From Squalus acanthias (taxonomy: Eukaryota): a DNA stretch of 64,000 bases. A model generated the notes under the pieces. It worked only from the letters and a program-made list of their open reading frames with translations, was not told where the DNA came from and made no database searches. The stretch is from the NCBI GenBank assembly GCA_030390025.1, contig JASTWF010000336.1:248001-312000 (forward strand). The letters run 5' to 3'. The translations under genes were made by a program, and so were the position numbers. Of this stretch, positions 11,377 to 22,000 are shown in pieces; positions within the stretch are counted from its first letter, which is position 1; the number at the start of each line of letters is the position of its first letter.

Positions 11377-11786
11377 CACACCCCTTGGATGTTCCGGCCT
11401 TCTTCTTTTTCTTCTTTCCTCCCCCCACCTACAAAACAAAGTCTCTGGGAGAGTGCCCCAGAATCACACCCACCTGTAGCTGTTGTTCTTTCCTTCCTCC
11501 CTCCTTCCAAACAGATGATGTTTGTTGTTGATGTTTTCTCCCCTCTCTCCCTCTCCTGAAATGGAGGCCAATTGAGGAGGCAGTGTGGAAAGGCCTCTCC
11601 TCTGTTGTTAATGGCCTTGGCCTTCCTTTCCTTCTCCTTCTCCTTCTCCTGTCCTGTCCTCTCTCTCCAGGCACCTCAGTAGTGGTTGTTGGTTGTTGGT
11701 GGTGGTCTGCTGTCTGGTCTCCTTCTCCTTCTCCTCTTCCTGCTCACAGAGACCACCACTCTGCTGCTGCTGCTGCTGCTCCTCAC
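11377..11786 (-). mobile_element. Distal 5' UTR remnant of a Tx1-B copy (B0) whose body is presumably left of the window
   Basis: Homologous to 18553-18966 and 33508-33911. Starts at the (CA)nCCCC site. Confidence 0.88.
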
Positions 11787-11832
11787 AAGCTTGTGATTTC
11801 AAATAAAGCTGTTGGACTATAACCTGGTGTTG
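11787..11832 (+). repeat. 46-bp Penelope-derived target duplication between B copies
   Basis: AAGCTTGTGATTTCAAATAAAGCTGTTGGACTATAACCTGGTGTTG is identical at 11787, 18967 and 33912, and is homologous to 57705-57750. Confidence 0.9.
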
Positions 11833-11898
11833 CTCTTTTTGGTTTGTCAAATCAAAATTTACTGTAATCAATTAAAACTTTAAATGAAACTTAACAAA

Positions 11899-14800
11899 TC
11901 AAATCAAAATTTGGAAGTCCGGGGTGACGATGCACTCCAGTCCCCGCGGCGCCCACCGGTCGCGGAAAAACTCAAGCGTGCCGGCGGACACCGCGTGCTC
12001 CATCTCCAGGGCCACCCGGGCGCGAACATGGCCGCGGAAGAGAGGCAGGCAATCGGGCCGAACGACCCCCTCGACCGCCCGCTGCCTGGACCAATTAATG
12101 GCTTTCTTGGCCAGGCCCAGGAGCAGTCCTACGAGGAGGTCCTCCGACCTACCCGCTCCCCTCCGCACCGGGTGACCGTAGATCAGGAGCGTGGGGCTGA
12201 AGTGCAACCAGAAATTGAGGAGCAGCCCCTTCAAATAATGAAAGAGGGGCTGCAACCTCTCACACTCAATATAAATGTGATAGACGGACTCCTCCAGGCC
12301 GCAGAAATGACAAGCAGCCTGGGAGTCCGTAAACCTACTTAAAATCCTATTGCACGGGACTGCTCCGTGCAACACCCTCCAGGCCAAGTCCCCAATAGAA
12401 CAAGGGAAGACTCCCGCGTAGAGAGCCTTCCAATGGGGACCTTCGCCTCCGCCGGACGGCAGGATGGTACGCCAAGGCGTGTCCGGACGGCAGACGAAGA
12501 TGGCAAAGTGGAGAGTGTGCAGGAGCAGCCCGTACAGGAAACGCCTCCGTGCGGATTGAAAGGGCACGGAGGGCATTTCTCCGAGAAGGCTCAAGTGGTG
12601 AGGCGGCGGCTCCCGAGGGAGGATTCGGGGCCGGGCGCCGATAAGGAATTCCGTCCGAACGGAGGTCAGTTCGGACGGGATCGCCCCACGTGCTTGAGCC
12701 TCCTCGACACACCTAGTGGAGACGGGGCCCAGTGCCACTTTTAGCGACTCGATGGCTTTGACCGCGAGCCGGACGTTGACCCAAGACATGCGCCTCGCCA
12801 ACTCCTCCGGCGCCATCCAGCCCGCTCCTCCGCCATCGAGCAGGTCCCCGACTCTGGTCACCTTACCGGGCACAGCCCTGCCCTCCGCCAGCCAGCCGAA
12901 CCCGCGGTCGTGGAGGTGCGGATTCCTGAACAGCGGCTCCCGAAGGACGGCCGCCGCTCCTGACGGGGGAGAACTGCGCTCGGAGGCGACGCTGTTCCAA
13001 ACCCATAGCAGTTCCTGGTAGAAGACAGGCAGCTCCCGCAGGCTGGCACGCGTGCCACCCACTCTCACAAACAGGAGCAGCGTGTCGTAATTGAGGCCGT
13101 GCAGCTGGCGGAAGAAATACGTCGCCAGCGCACGCCACCTAGGAGGATTCTCCACGTACAGGTATCTCTGCAGCGTCTGAAGACGGAAAGTCGCCGCCTG
13201 GGTGCGAAGGCACACCAGCGCCTGACCGCCCTCCCTAAGCGGGAGACTCAAAACCGCGGCAGAGACCCAGTGCTTCCTTTTGTCCCAGAAGAAGTCGACG
13301 AGCTTCTTCTGCATCTTGGCGACAAACGCAGGGGGAGGGATCAAAGTGACCAACCGGTACCACAACATGGCGGCCACCAGCTGGTTTATGACCAGCGCTC
13401 GACCCCTGTAGGACAACACTCTGAGCAGTCCTGTCCAGCGCCCTAGGCGAGCGGTGACTTTGGCCTCCAGCTCTTGCCAGTTCGCCGGCCAGGCGTCCTC
13501 GGCCGGGCTGAGGTAGACTCCCAGGTAGAGGAGGTGCGTGGTGCTCCAGGCGAAAGGCCCGAACTCCTCCGGCAGGGAGTCCACCTGCCATGGGCCCACC
13601 AGGAGTCCAGAACATTTCTCCCAGTTGATCTTGGCGGAGGATGCGTCCGAGTAAATCTGCTGGCATTCTCGCATCCTCCGCAAGTCGACGGGATCCGTGA
13701 CCGCGAGGAGCACGTCATCGGCGTAAGCCGAGAGGACCACCTCCACGCCCGGCCCTTGCAGAGCCAGTCCCGTCAACCTCTTCCGCAAGAGGCGCAGGAA
13801 AGGCTCCACGCAAACGGCGTATAACTGACCGGACATGGGGCATCCCTGACGCACCCCCCTCCCGAAGCGAAGGGGCGCCGTCAAAGACCCGTTAACTTTA
13901 ATGAGACACTCCGCGGCGGCGTACAGAAGTCGGATCCGGGCGACGAAATGCGTCCCGAACCCGAATGCGCGCAGAGTCCCGAAAAGATACTCGTGATCCA
14001 CCCTGTCGAACGCCTTCTCCTGATCCAGGGAAAGGAAGGCGACCGACAGACCAGCCCTCTGGGAATGGTGGACCAGGTCCCGGACCAGATGGATGTTATC
14101 GTGGATACTCCGGCCCGGGACCGTGTAGGACTGGTCGGGGTGGATCATGCGGGCCAGCACGGTGCCAAGGCGAGCAGACATAGCCCTGGCGAAAATTTTG
14201 TAGTCCGTGCTGAGGAGGGAGACCGGGCGCCAGTTCTTAAGTAGGCGGAGATCGCCCTTCTTGGGCAGCAGGACGATGACCGCCCTGCGCCAAGAGAGGG
14301 GCATCTCCCCGGTCGCCAGACTTTCCCCCAGGACCCGCGCGTAGTCGTCCCCCAAGACGTCCCAGAACGCCCTGTGGAACTCCACGGTCAGCCCGTCCAG
14401 CCCCGGGGACTTGCCCCTCGAGAGCTGGCGCAGGGCGCCGGTCAGCTCCGCCAGGCTTAGCGGAGCTTCTAAATTCTCGGCGCCCTCCGGGCCGACCTTC
14501 GGCAGGTCCTCCCACAAAACTCTGCGCGCATCCTCGCTGGACGGATCCGAAGAGAACAGAGCCCCGTAATAGGCCCGGGCCTCCGCGCTGATGCCCTCCG
14601 GATCCGAGACCAGAGATCCGTCGTCGGCCAGCAGCCCCAAGAGCTGCTTACGGACCCCCCGTCTTTTTTCCAGCGAGTAGAAGAAGGGGGAGCCGCGGTC
14701 CAGGTCCCGCAGGAACTGGATCCGCGACCTCACGTACGCGCCTCGGGACCCGACCAGCTGCAGGTCCTTCAGCGCGCCCTTCTTCTCTTCGTACACCTTC

Positions 14801-15798
14801 CGCAGGGCCGGGTCCTCGACGACTTGACCGAGACGGGACTCCAGGTCGAGCACTTCTTTCTCCAATCGCCCGACCCGGGCCTCCCGCCTCTTGGTCGACC
14901 CCTTCGCGTACTCCTGACAGAAGACGCGGACGTGAGCCTTGCCCACGTCCCACCATAGCCTCAAGGAGGGGAAGCCTCCCCGCTTCCTTCTCCAGTCGGC
15001 CCAGAACCGGCGAAACGAATCCCGGAACCGCGCGTCCTCCAGCAGCAGGTTGTTAAAATGCCAGTACGCGGACCCCCCCCGCGCGCGCAGCGGAGCGAGC
15101 TCCGCCCACACCAGGTGGTGGTCCGTGCACGGCACCGGCCGCATGGAAGCCGCCGGAACGCAGGAGACGTACGCCCGGGAAATGTAAAGGCGGTCGATTC
15201 TGGACCTTCCTCCTCCAGACCTCACGCTCGTGAAGGCGCTGGAGTCGGGATGGAGATTTCGCCAGACGTCCACCAAGTCGAAGGACCCGACCAGGTCCCG
15301 CAACTTCTCCATCGCCGCTGGGCTTCGCGGGGGACCCGACCGGTCCCGCGCCTCGAGGGTACAATTGAAATCCCCCCCGAGGATGACGCACTCGCCCACG
15401 TCGATGGAGCCCAGAAGAGCGGACACTTCTCCGAAGAAGCGCACTTGCTGCGCACCGGTCCGGGGGGCGTACACGTTCACTAAATGGAGCGGCACGCCTC
15501 CCAGGCGAACAGTGACCTGGAGCAAGCGGCCCGGCACGTGCTCCTTGACCCTCAAGATCTCCGGCTGAAAATGCGGGGCCAGCAAGACAGCCACCCCGCA
15601 GGAATTGTTGGAGAGGTGACTCATGCTGACCCCTCCTTGCCACTCCAGGAGCCACGTGGCCTCGTCTCCCGGAACGGTGTGGGTTTCTTGCAGGAAGCAC
15701 ACCGCATATTTCCCGTCCCGAAGGACCGAGAAGTTATTGAATCTACGGCGCGCCTCCCTGCTGCCGTTGATGTTGAGGCTGGCTATGGTTATCTTCAT
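11899..15798 (-). CDS. Tx1-B1 ORF2, intact (1299 aa APE-RT)
   Basis: Open from MKITIASLNING to the stop, with EN, RT (YADD) and CHFC...HIYIEC motifs. Confidence 0.93.
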   Translation of the reverse strand: MKITIASLNINGSREARRRFNNFSVLRDGKYAVCFLQETHTVPGDEATWLLEWQGGVSMSHLSNNSCGVAVLLAPHFQPEILRVKEHVPGRLLQVTVRLGGVPLHLVNVYAPRTGAQQVRFFGEVSALLGSIDVGECVILGGDFNCTLEARDRSGPPRSPAAMEKLRDLVGSFDLVDVWRNLHPDSSAFTSVRSGGGRSRIDRLYISRAYVSCVPAASMRPVPCTDHHLVWAELAPLRARGGSAYWHFNNLLLEDARFRDSFRRFWADWRRKRGGFPSLRLWWDVGKAHVRVFCQEYAKGSTKRREARVGRLEKEVLDLESRLGQVVEDPALRKVYEEKKGALKDLQLVGSRGAYVRSRIQFLRDLDRGSPFFYSLEKRRGVRKQLLGLLADDGSLVSDPEGISAEARAYYGALFSSDPSSEDARRVLWEDLPKVGPEGAENLEAPLSLAELTGALRQLSRGKSPGLDGLTVEFHRAFWDVLGDDYARVLGESLATGEMPLSWRRAVIVLLPKKGDLRLLKNWRPVSLLSTDYKIFARAMSARLGTVLARMIHPDQSYTVPGRSIHDNIHLVRDLVHHSQRAGLSVAFLSLDQEKAFDRVDHEYLFGTLRAFGFGTHFVARIRLLYAAAECLIKVNGSLTAPLRFGRGVRQGCPMSGQLYAVCVEPFLRLLRKRLTGLALQGPGVEVVLSAYADDVLLAVTDPVDLRRMRECQQIYSDASSAKINWEKCSGLLVGPWQVDSLPEEFGPFAWSTTHLLYLGVYLSPAEDAWPANWQELEAKVTARLGRWTGLLRVLSYRGRALVINQLVAAMLWYRLVTLIPPPAFVAKMQKKLVDFFWDKRKHWVSAAVLSLPLREGGQALVCLRTQAATFRLQTLQRYLYVENPPRWRALATYFFRQLHGLNYDTLLLFVRVGGTRASLRELPVFYQELLWVWNSVASERSSPPSGAAAVLREPLFRNPHLHDRGFGWLAEGRAVPGKVTRVGDLLDGGGAGWMAPEELARRMSWVNVRLAVKAIESLKVALGPVSTRCVEEAQARGAIPSELTSVRTEFLIGARPRILPREPPPHHLSLLGEMPSVPFQSARRRFLYGLLLHTLHFAIFVCRPDTPWRTILPSGGGEGPHWKALYAGVFPCSIGDLAWRVLHGAVPCNRILSRFTDSQAACHFCGLEESVYHIYIECERLQPLFHYLKGLLLNFWLHFSPTLLIYGHPVRRGAGRSEDLLVGLLLGLAKKAINWSRQRAVEGVVRPDCLPLFRGHVRARVALEMEHAVSAGTLEFFRDRWAPRGLECIVTPDFQILI

Positions 15799-15823
15799 CT
15801 CAGAAGCATAGTGCAACCTCTAC

Positions 15824-17981
15824 CTAACGGAGGGGAGGGAGGGCGGTCACTGACGACCGCCACTCCCTCAGCAGCCCAGTGTGGAACGTCTTGAGCTGAC
15901 GCAGCTCGAGCCGGCCAACGTCCTTGTCCGCGCCCATGATTTTAACGGCGGCGCGGACGGACACGACGAGCAGCGTCAGCTCCGACCACTTGTCGAGGGC
16001 CAGCCAGATCTTCTTGTGACGACCCTGGCTCATGGCCATAAAATCCCGGAGTTCCCCTACGGGGATGAGGGGAGAGTCGGTGAAGGGCACGAGGGCGTCC
16101 ATCGCCTCGCTGCCGATGGACTCCAAATCGTCCTCGATGCCCCCCACCGAGTCCCCGTCCTCCTCCGGGAGGTCGTCACCGGCGGCCAACCCGTCCGTCA
16201 CACAGGGTGCAGCGAACGGCTCGGCCGCACCGGCCGGCCCCGCCTCCGTCACGATCCCACCCCCAGGATCGGTGGCAGAGGAGTCCACCCTGGGCTCCTT
16301 CAGGGGCGCCGGGCCGGGAGGCGGCGGCGGCGGTTCGGGGCCCCCCCCCCGCCTCAGGCGCCGGGGCGACCGGAGAAACCGGGGAGAAAATAATCCCAAA
16401 TTCCTCCAGCACGTCCGGCGCCAACAACAGAGACGGAGTCAGGGGGCTTTCCGTCTCCCCGCCACCAACCTCCGACCCAGCGGGCTGGGGATTGCTACAC
16501 TCCTCCACCAGGTCGAGCAGTCCCTGGGAGATATCTGGGTTATAAAAGGCGGGCTCGGCTTCAGCCTCTTTGGCCTCGCCCGCCCCAGTCCCCAGGACGC
16601 CCGACCCGGCGAGGAGCAACGGTTCAGGTTCTACATTTTCTTCCGCGGGTTGTTCCGCGCCCCCCCCCACGGGCAGGGTCTCTTCCCCATCCCCGGGAGG
16701 CACAGGTCGGACAGACTCGGCTGTCTCACCCTCCCGAGGGACAGACGACCCCTGCCGATCGCGCGCGACGATGACGGTGGTGGGGTGGGGCGCAGCACCC
16801 GCGGCGGGCGACTGCCCCCCTTTTGCGGAGGGACCTTCCTCCTCGCAGTCCTCCTGCTGGGGGCGGAGCTTTCTTTTTAACGTATTGGGACCCGGAGAGG
16901 GGGAGGCCTCCATGTCTGCTGGGGCCTCCCTCTCTGCCCCCTTCCGACGACTGGGTTTCTTGGGCCCCTCGGGCCCGAGCCCGGCCGCAGGTCTTGATTC
17001 AGCTGCCTCAGCAGTTGCGGTCACGGTCACGGGCCCGGGCACGAGGACCCCCCCAGTCTCATGCGTCCCGACCAACTCCGCGATATACTCGGGCGTGAGT
17101 TCGGTCAATTCCGATGTTTCCTCCGCGAGGGGATCCGCCCTTAGGTGTTTAGTTTTCCTACGCGCCTTCCTTCCCCCCGGACGCTCTCCCTCCTCCCCGC
17201 CGGAGGCCGTGGTGGTGTTGGCCTCCGATTTCAACCGCGCATCCGTCGCCGTCGACGCGCGGACAGTATCAGGGGGAGGGGGGGCGGCAGCGCCAACCCT
17301 GGCCGCGCCAGGTGTCGTGGCGGCCTTGGAGGCGGGGCAGTTTTTGCGGACGTGCCCCACCTCCTTACAGGCGTAGCACCGCGCGCCGTCCGAGGTCCAG
17401 AAGACGCGGTGGGCGGTCCCCCCGTGGAGCACCGTGAACGCGCCGTCCGCGTCCTCCTCCCGCGCCAGCCGGACGAAAAGCTGGCGCCGGAAGGAGAAGA
17501 CGTGCCGAAGGCTGGCTTCCCGGAAGCCGAGCGGGATGGGTGTGATCCCCGACCTCACCTCCCCCAGTTGACGTAGGTGGGGGAGGAGGAGCTCACCCGG
17601 AACAAAGGGCGGGACGTTGGAAACCACAATCCTTTGCGCGGTGGCCTCAAGGGGGTCCACCGGCAGGAAGGTCCCGCCCACGGTGAGCCCCTTCTCGATG
17701 GCCAGGGACACCGCCCGCTCCGACCCCAGGAAGAACACAGCCTTGCCGTACATTTTAGAGGCGGCGACGATGGCTGAAGGGCCGACAACCCCAGCCATGG
17801 CTTTAACGCACGCCTCTATAGTCATGTTGGGGTGAGTGTAGCTCTTGACCCCATTCTTCCTCGTAAGGAGGGTAAAAGGTGACGGGGTAACAGGAGGACT
17901 CGTGGCTGCGGCCGTGGCCGCGGCTGCCACGCTCGCATACGTCCTCGCTGCCCCCGCCACCGACGAAGATGTACTCGCCAT
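15824..17981 (-). pseudogene. Tx1-B1 ORF1 with a +1 shift at a G10 run (16341-16350)
   Basis: CYACKEVGHVRKNC knuckle. Homology to the A ORF1 C-terminus (GGPEPPP...LDKWS) resumes in another frame after the G10. Confidence 0.82.
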
Positions 17982-18966
17982 AATGGAGGGTTCTTTAAGG
18001 GCTACACTCACCCCAAGTCACAGGCCTGAAGGTGTTAATGGCCTCGGTTTTTTATTTCTGTTTTCCCCTGAGCAGAGGGAGCTCTTAAATTGAAGGCACA
18101 CCTCTCCCTTTAGTTGATTGAATTAGGAGAGGGGCCTTCTCCCCTCTGCTCAATAGGTACTTAATTAAAAGATAATGAGGTGCCTCTTAGAGAGAGAGGC
18201 AGAGAGAGACAAGAGACAAAGAGAGAGAGAGAGGGGGGTGGGAAGGAGGGAAGCCGCAAGGGCAGGGTCGCCACTCAGGATGGTGGGTGGGTGGGTGTTG
18301 GCAGGGGGGTGCACTCTCCGATGTAATAAAAGTCTTTGGTGGTGGTCTTCTGGTGGGGGGAGAAGATGTCTTCATCTGGGATAGCTGGAGATGCCCAGGC
18401 TCAGTCCTGCACCAGGTCTTAACGATGCCCAATTGGATTAAATTAATTGGGGAACTTCACCTAGGCAGCTCCAGCTGTCCCAGGTCAGGCAATGGGAAAG
18501 GGGTGTTTAATATGGTGTGTGCGGCCTAGCTTTTACAAAAGCCACACACACACACACCCCTTGGATGTTCCGGCCTTCTTCTTTTTCTTCTTTCCTCCCC
18601 CCACCTACAAAACAAAGTCTCTGGGAGAGTGCACCAGAATCACACCCACCTGTAGCTGTTGTTTTTTCCTTCCTTCCTCCTTCCAAACAGATGATGGATG
18701 TTTTGTTGTTTTCTCCCCTCTCTCCCTCTCCTAAAATGGAGGCCAATTGAGGAGGCAGTGTGGAAAGGCCTCTCCTCTGGTGTTAATGGCCTTGGCCTTC
18801 CTTTCCTTCTTTTCTTTCTCCTCTCCTGTCCTCTCTCTCCAGGCACCTCAGTAGTTGTGGTTGTAGTGGTTGTTGTTGGTGGTGGCCTGCTGTCTGGTCT
18901 GCTTCTCCTTCTCCTCTTCCTGCTCACAGAGACCACCACTCTGCTGCTGCTGCTGCTGCTCCTCAC

Positions 18967-19012
18967 AAGCTTGTGATTTCAAATAAAGCTGTTGGACTAT
19001 AACCTGGTGTTG
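18967..19012 (+). repeat. 46-bp target duplication between B1 and B2
   Basis: Identical to 11787-11832. Confidence 0.9.
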
Positions 19013-19080
19013 ATCTTTTTGGTTTGACAGAACGCAAATTTACTGTAAATCAATTAAAACTTGAAATGAAACTTAATAAA

Positions 19081-22000
19081 TCAAATTAAAATTTGAAAGT
19101 CCGGGGTGACGATGCACTCCAGTCCCCGCGGCGCCCACCGGTCGCGGAAAAACTCAAGCGTGCCGGCGGACACCGCGTGCTCCATCTCCAGGGCCACCCG
19201 GGCGCGAACATGGCCGCGGAAGAGAGGCAGGCAATCGGGCCGAACGACCCCCTCGACCGCCCGCTGCCTGGACCAATTAATGGCTTTCTTGGCCAGGCCC
19301 AGGAGCAGTCCTACGAGGAGGTCCTCCGACCTACCCTCTCCCCTCCGCACCGGGTGACCGTAGATCAGGAGCGTGGGGCTGAAGTGCAACCAGAAATTGA
19401 GGAGCAGCCCCTTCAAATAATGAAAGAGGGGCTGCAACCTCTCACATTCAACATAAATGTGATAAACGGACTCCTCCAGGCCGCAAAAATGACAAGCAGC
19501 CTGGGAGTCCGTAAACCTACTTAAAATCCTATTGCACGGGACTGCTCCGTGCAACACCCTCCGGGCCAAGTCCCCAATAGAACAAGGGAAGACTCCCGCG
19601 TAGAGAGCCTTCCAATGGGGACCTTCGCCTCCGCCGGACGGCAGGATGGTACGCCAAGGCGTGTCCGGACGGCAGACGAAGATGGCAAAGTGGAGAGTGT
19701 GCAGGAGCAGCCCGTACAGGAAACGCCTCCGTGCGGATTGAAAGGGCACGGAGGGCATTTCTCCGAGAAGGCTCAAGTGGTGAGGCGGCGGCTCCCGAGG
19801 GAGGATTCGGGGCCGGGCGCCGATAAGGAATTCCGTCCGAACGGGGGTCAGTTCGGACGGGATCGCCCCACGTGCTTGAGCCTCCTCGACACACCTAGTG
19901 GAGACGGGGCCCAGTGCCACTTTTAGCGACTCGATGGCTTTGACCGCGAGCCGGACGTTGACCCAAGACATGCGCCTCGCCAACTCCTCCGGCGCCATCC
20001 AGCCCGCTCCTCCGCCATCGAGCAGGTCCCCGACTCTGGTCACCTTACCGGGCACAGCCCTGCCCTCCGCCAGCCAGCCGAACCCGCGGTCGTGGAGGTG
20101 CGGATTCCTGAACAGCGGCTCCCGAAGGACGGCCGCCGCTCCTGACGGGGGAGAACTGCGCTCGGAGGCGACGCTGTTCCAAACCCATAGCAGTTCCTGG
20201 TAGAAGACAGGCAGCTCCCGCAGGCTGGCACGCGTGCCACCCACTCTCACAAACAGGAGCTGCGTGTCGTAATTGAGGCCGTGCAGCTGGCGGAAGAAAT
20301 ACGTCGCCAGCGCACGCCACCTAGGAGGATTCTCCACGTACAGGTATCTCTGCAGCGTCTGAAGACGGAAAGTCGCCGCCTGGGTGCGAAGGCACACCAG
20401 CGCCTGACCGCCCTCCCTAAGCGGGAGACTCAAAACTGCGGCAGAGACCCAGTGCTTCCTTTTGTCCCAGAAGAAGTCGACGAGCTTCTTCTGCATCTTG
20501 GCGACAAACGCAGGGGGAGGGATCAAAGTGACCAACCGGTACCACAACATGGCGGCCACCAGCTGGTTTATGACCAGCGCTCGACCCCTGTAGGACAACA
20601 CTCGGAGCAGTCCTGTCCAGCGCCCTAGGCGAGCGGTGACTTTGGCCTCCAGCTCTTGCCAGTTCGCCGGCCAGGCGTCCTCGGCCGGGCTGAGGTAGAC
20701 TCCCAGGTAGAGGAGGTGCGTGGTGCTCCAGGCGAAAGGCCCGAACTCCTCCGGCAGGGAGTCCACCTGCCATGGGCCCACCAGGAGTCCAGAACATTTC
20801 TCCCAGTTGATCTTGGCGGAGGATGCGTCCGAGTAAATCTGCTGGCATTCTCGCATCCTCCGCAAGTCGACGGGATCCGTGACAGCGAGGAGCACGTCAT
20901 CGGCGTAAGCCGAGAGGACCACCTCCACGCCCGGCCCTTGCAGAGCCAGTCCCGTCAACCTCTTCCGCAAGAGGCGCAGGAAAGGCTCCACGCAAACGGC
21001 GTATAACTGACCGGACATGGGGCATCCCTGACGCACCCCCCTCCCGAAGCGAAGGGGCGCCGTCAAAGACCCGTTAACTTTAATCAGACACTCCGCGGCG
21101 GCGTACAGAAGTCGGATCCGGGCGACGAAATGCGTCCCGAACCCGAATGCGCGCAGAGTCCCGAAAAGATACTCGTGATCCACCCTGTCGAACGCCTTCT
21201 CCTGATCCAGGGAAAGGAAGGCGACCGACAGACCAGCCCTCTGGGAATGGTGGACCAGGTCCCGGACCAGATGGATGTTATCGTGGATACTCCGGCCCGG
21301 GACCGTGTAGGACTGGTCGGGGTGGATCATGCGGGCCAGCACGGTGCCAAGGCGAGCAGACATAGCCCTGGCGAAAATTTTGTAGTCCGTGCTGAGGAGG
21401 GAGACCGGGCGCCAGTTCTTAAGTAGGCGGAGATCGCCCTTCTTGGGCAGCAGGACGATGACCGCCCTGCGCCAAGAGAGGGGCATCTCCCCGGTCGCCA
21501 GACTTTCCCCCAGGACCCGCGCGTAGTCGTCCCCCAAGACGTCCCAGAACGCCCTGTGGAACTCCACGGTCAGCCCGTCCAGCCCCGGGGACTTGCCCCT
21601 CGAGAGCTGGCGCAGGGCGCCGGTCAGCTCCGCCAGGCTTAGCGGAGCTTCTAAATTCTCGGCGCCCTCCGGGCCGACCTTCGGCAGGTCCTCCCACAAA
21701 ACTCTGCGCGCATCCTCGCTGGACGGATCCGAAGAGAACAGAGCCCCGTAATAGGCCCGGGCCTCCGCGCTGATGCCCTCCGGATCCGAGACCAGAGATC
21801 CGTCGTCGGCCAGCAGCCCCAAGAGCTGCTTACGGACCCCCCGTCTTTTTTCCAGCGAGTAGAAGAAGGGGGAGCCGCGGTCCAGGTCCCGCAGGAACTG
21901 GATCCGCGACCTCACGTACGCGCCTCGGGACCCGACCAGCTGCAGGTCCTTCAGCGCGCCCTTCTTCTCTTCGTACACCTTCCGCAGGGCCGGGTCCTCG

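Larger units (their letters stand above)
11833..18966 (-). mobile_element. Tx1-B copy B1, full length and uninterrupted
   Basis: About 985-bp 5' UTR, ORF1, ORF2 and a 66-bp 3' UTR ending AAAAAGAG. Flanked by the 46-bp duplication on both sides. Confidence 0.95.
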
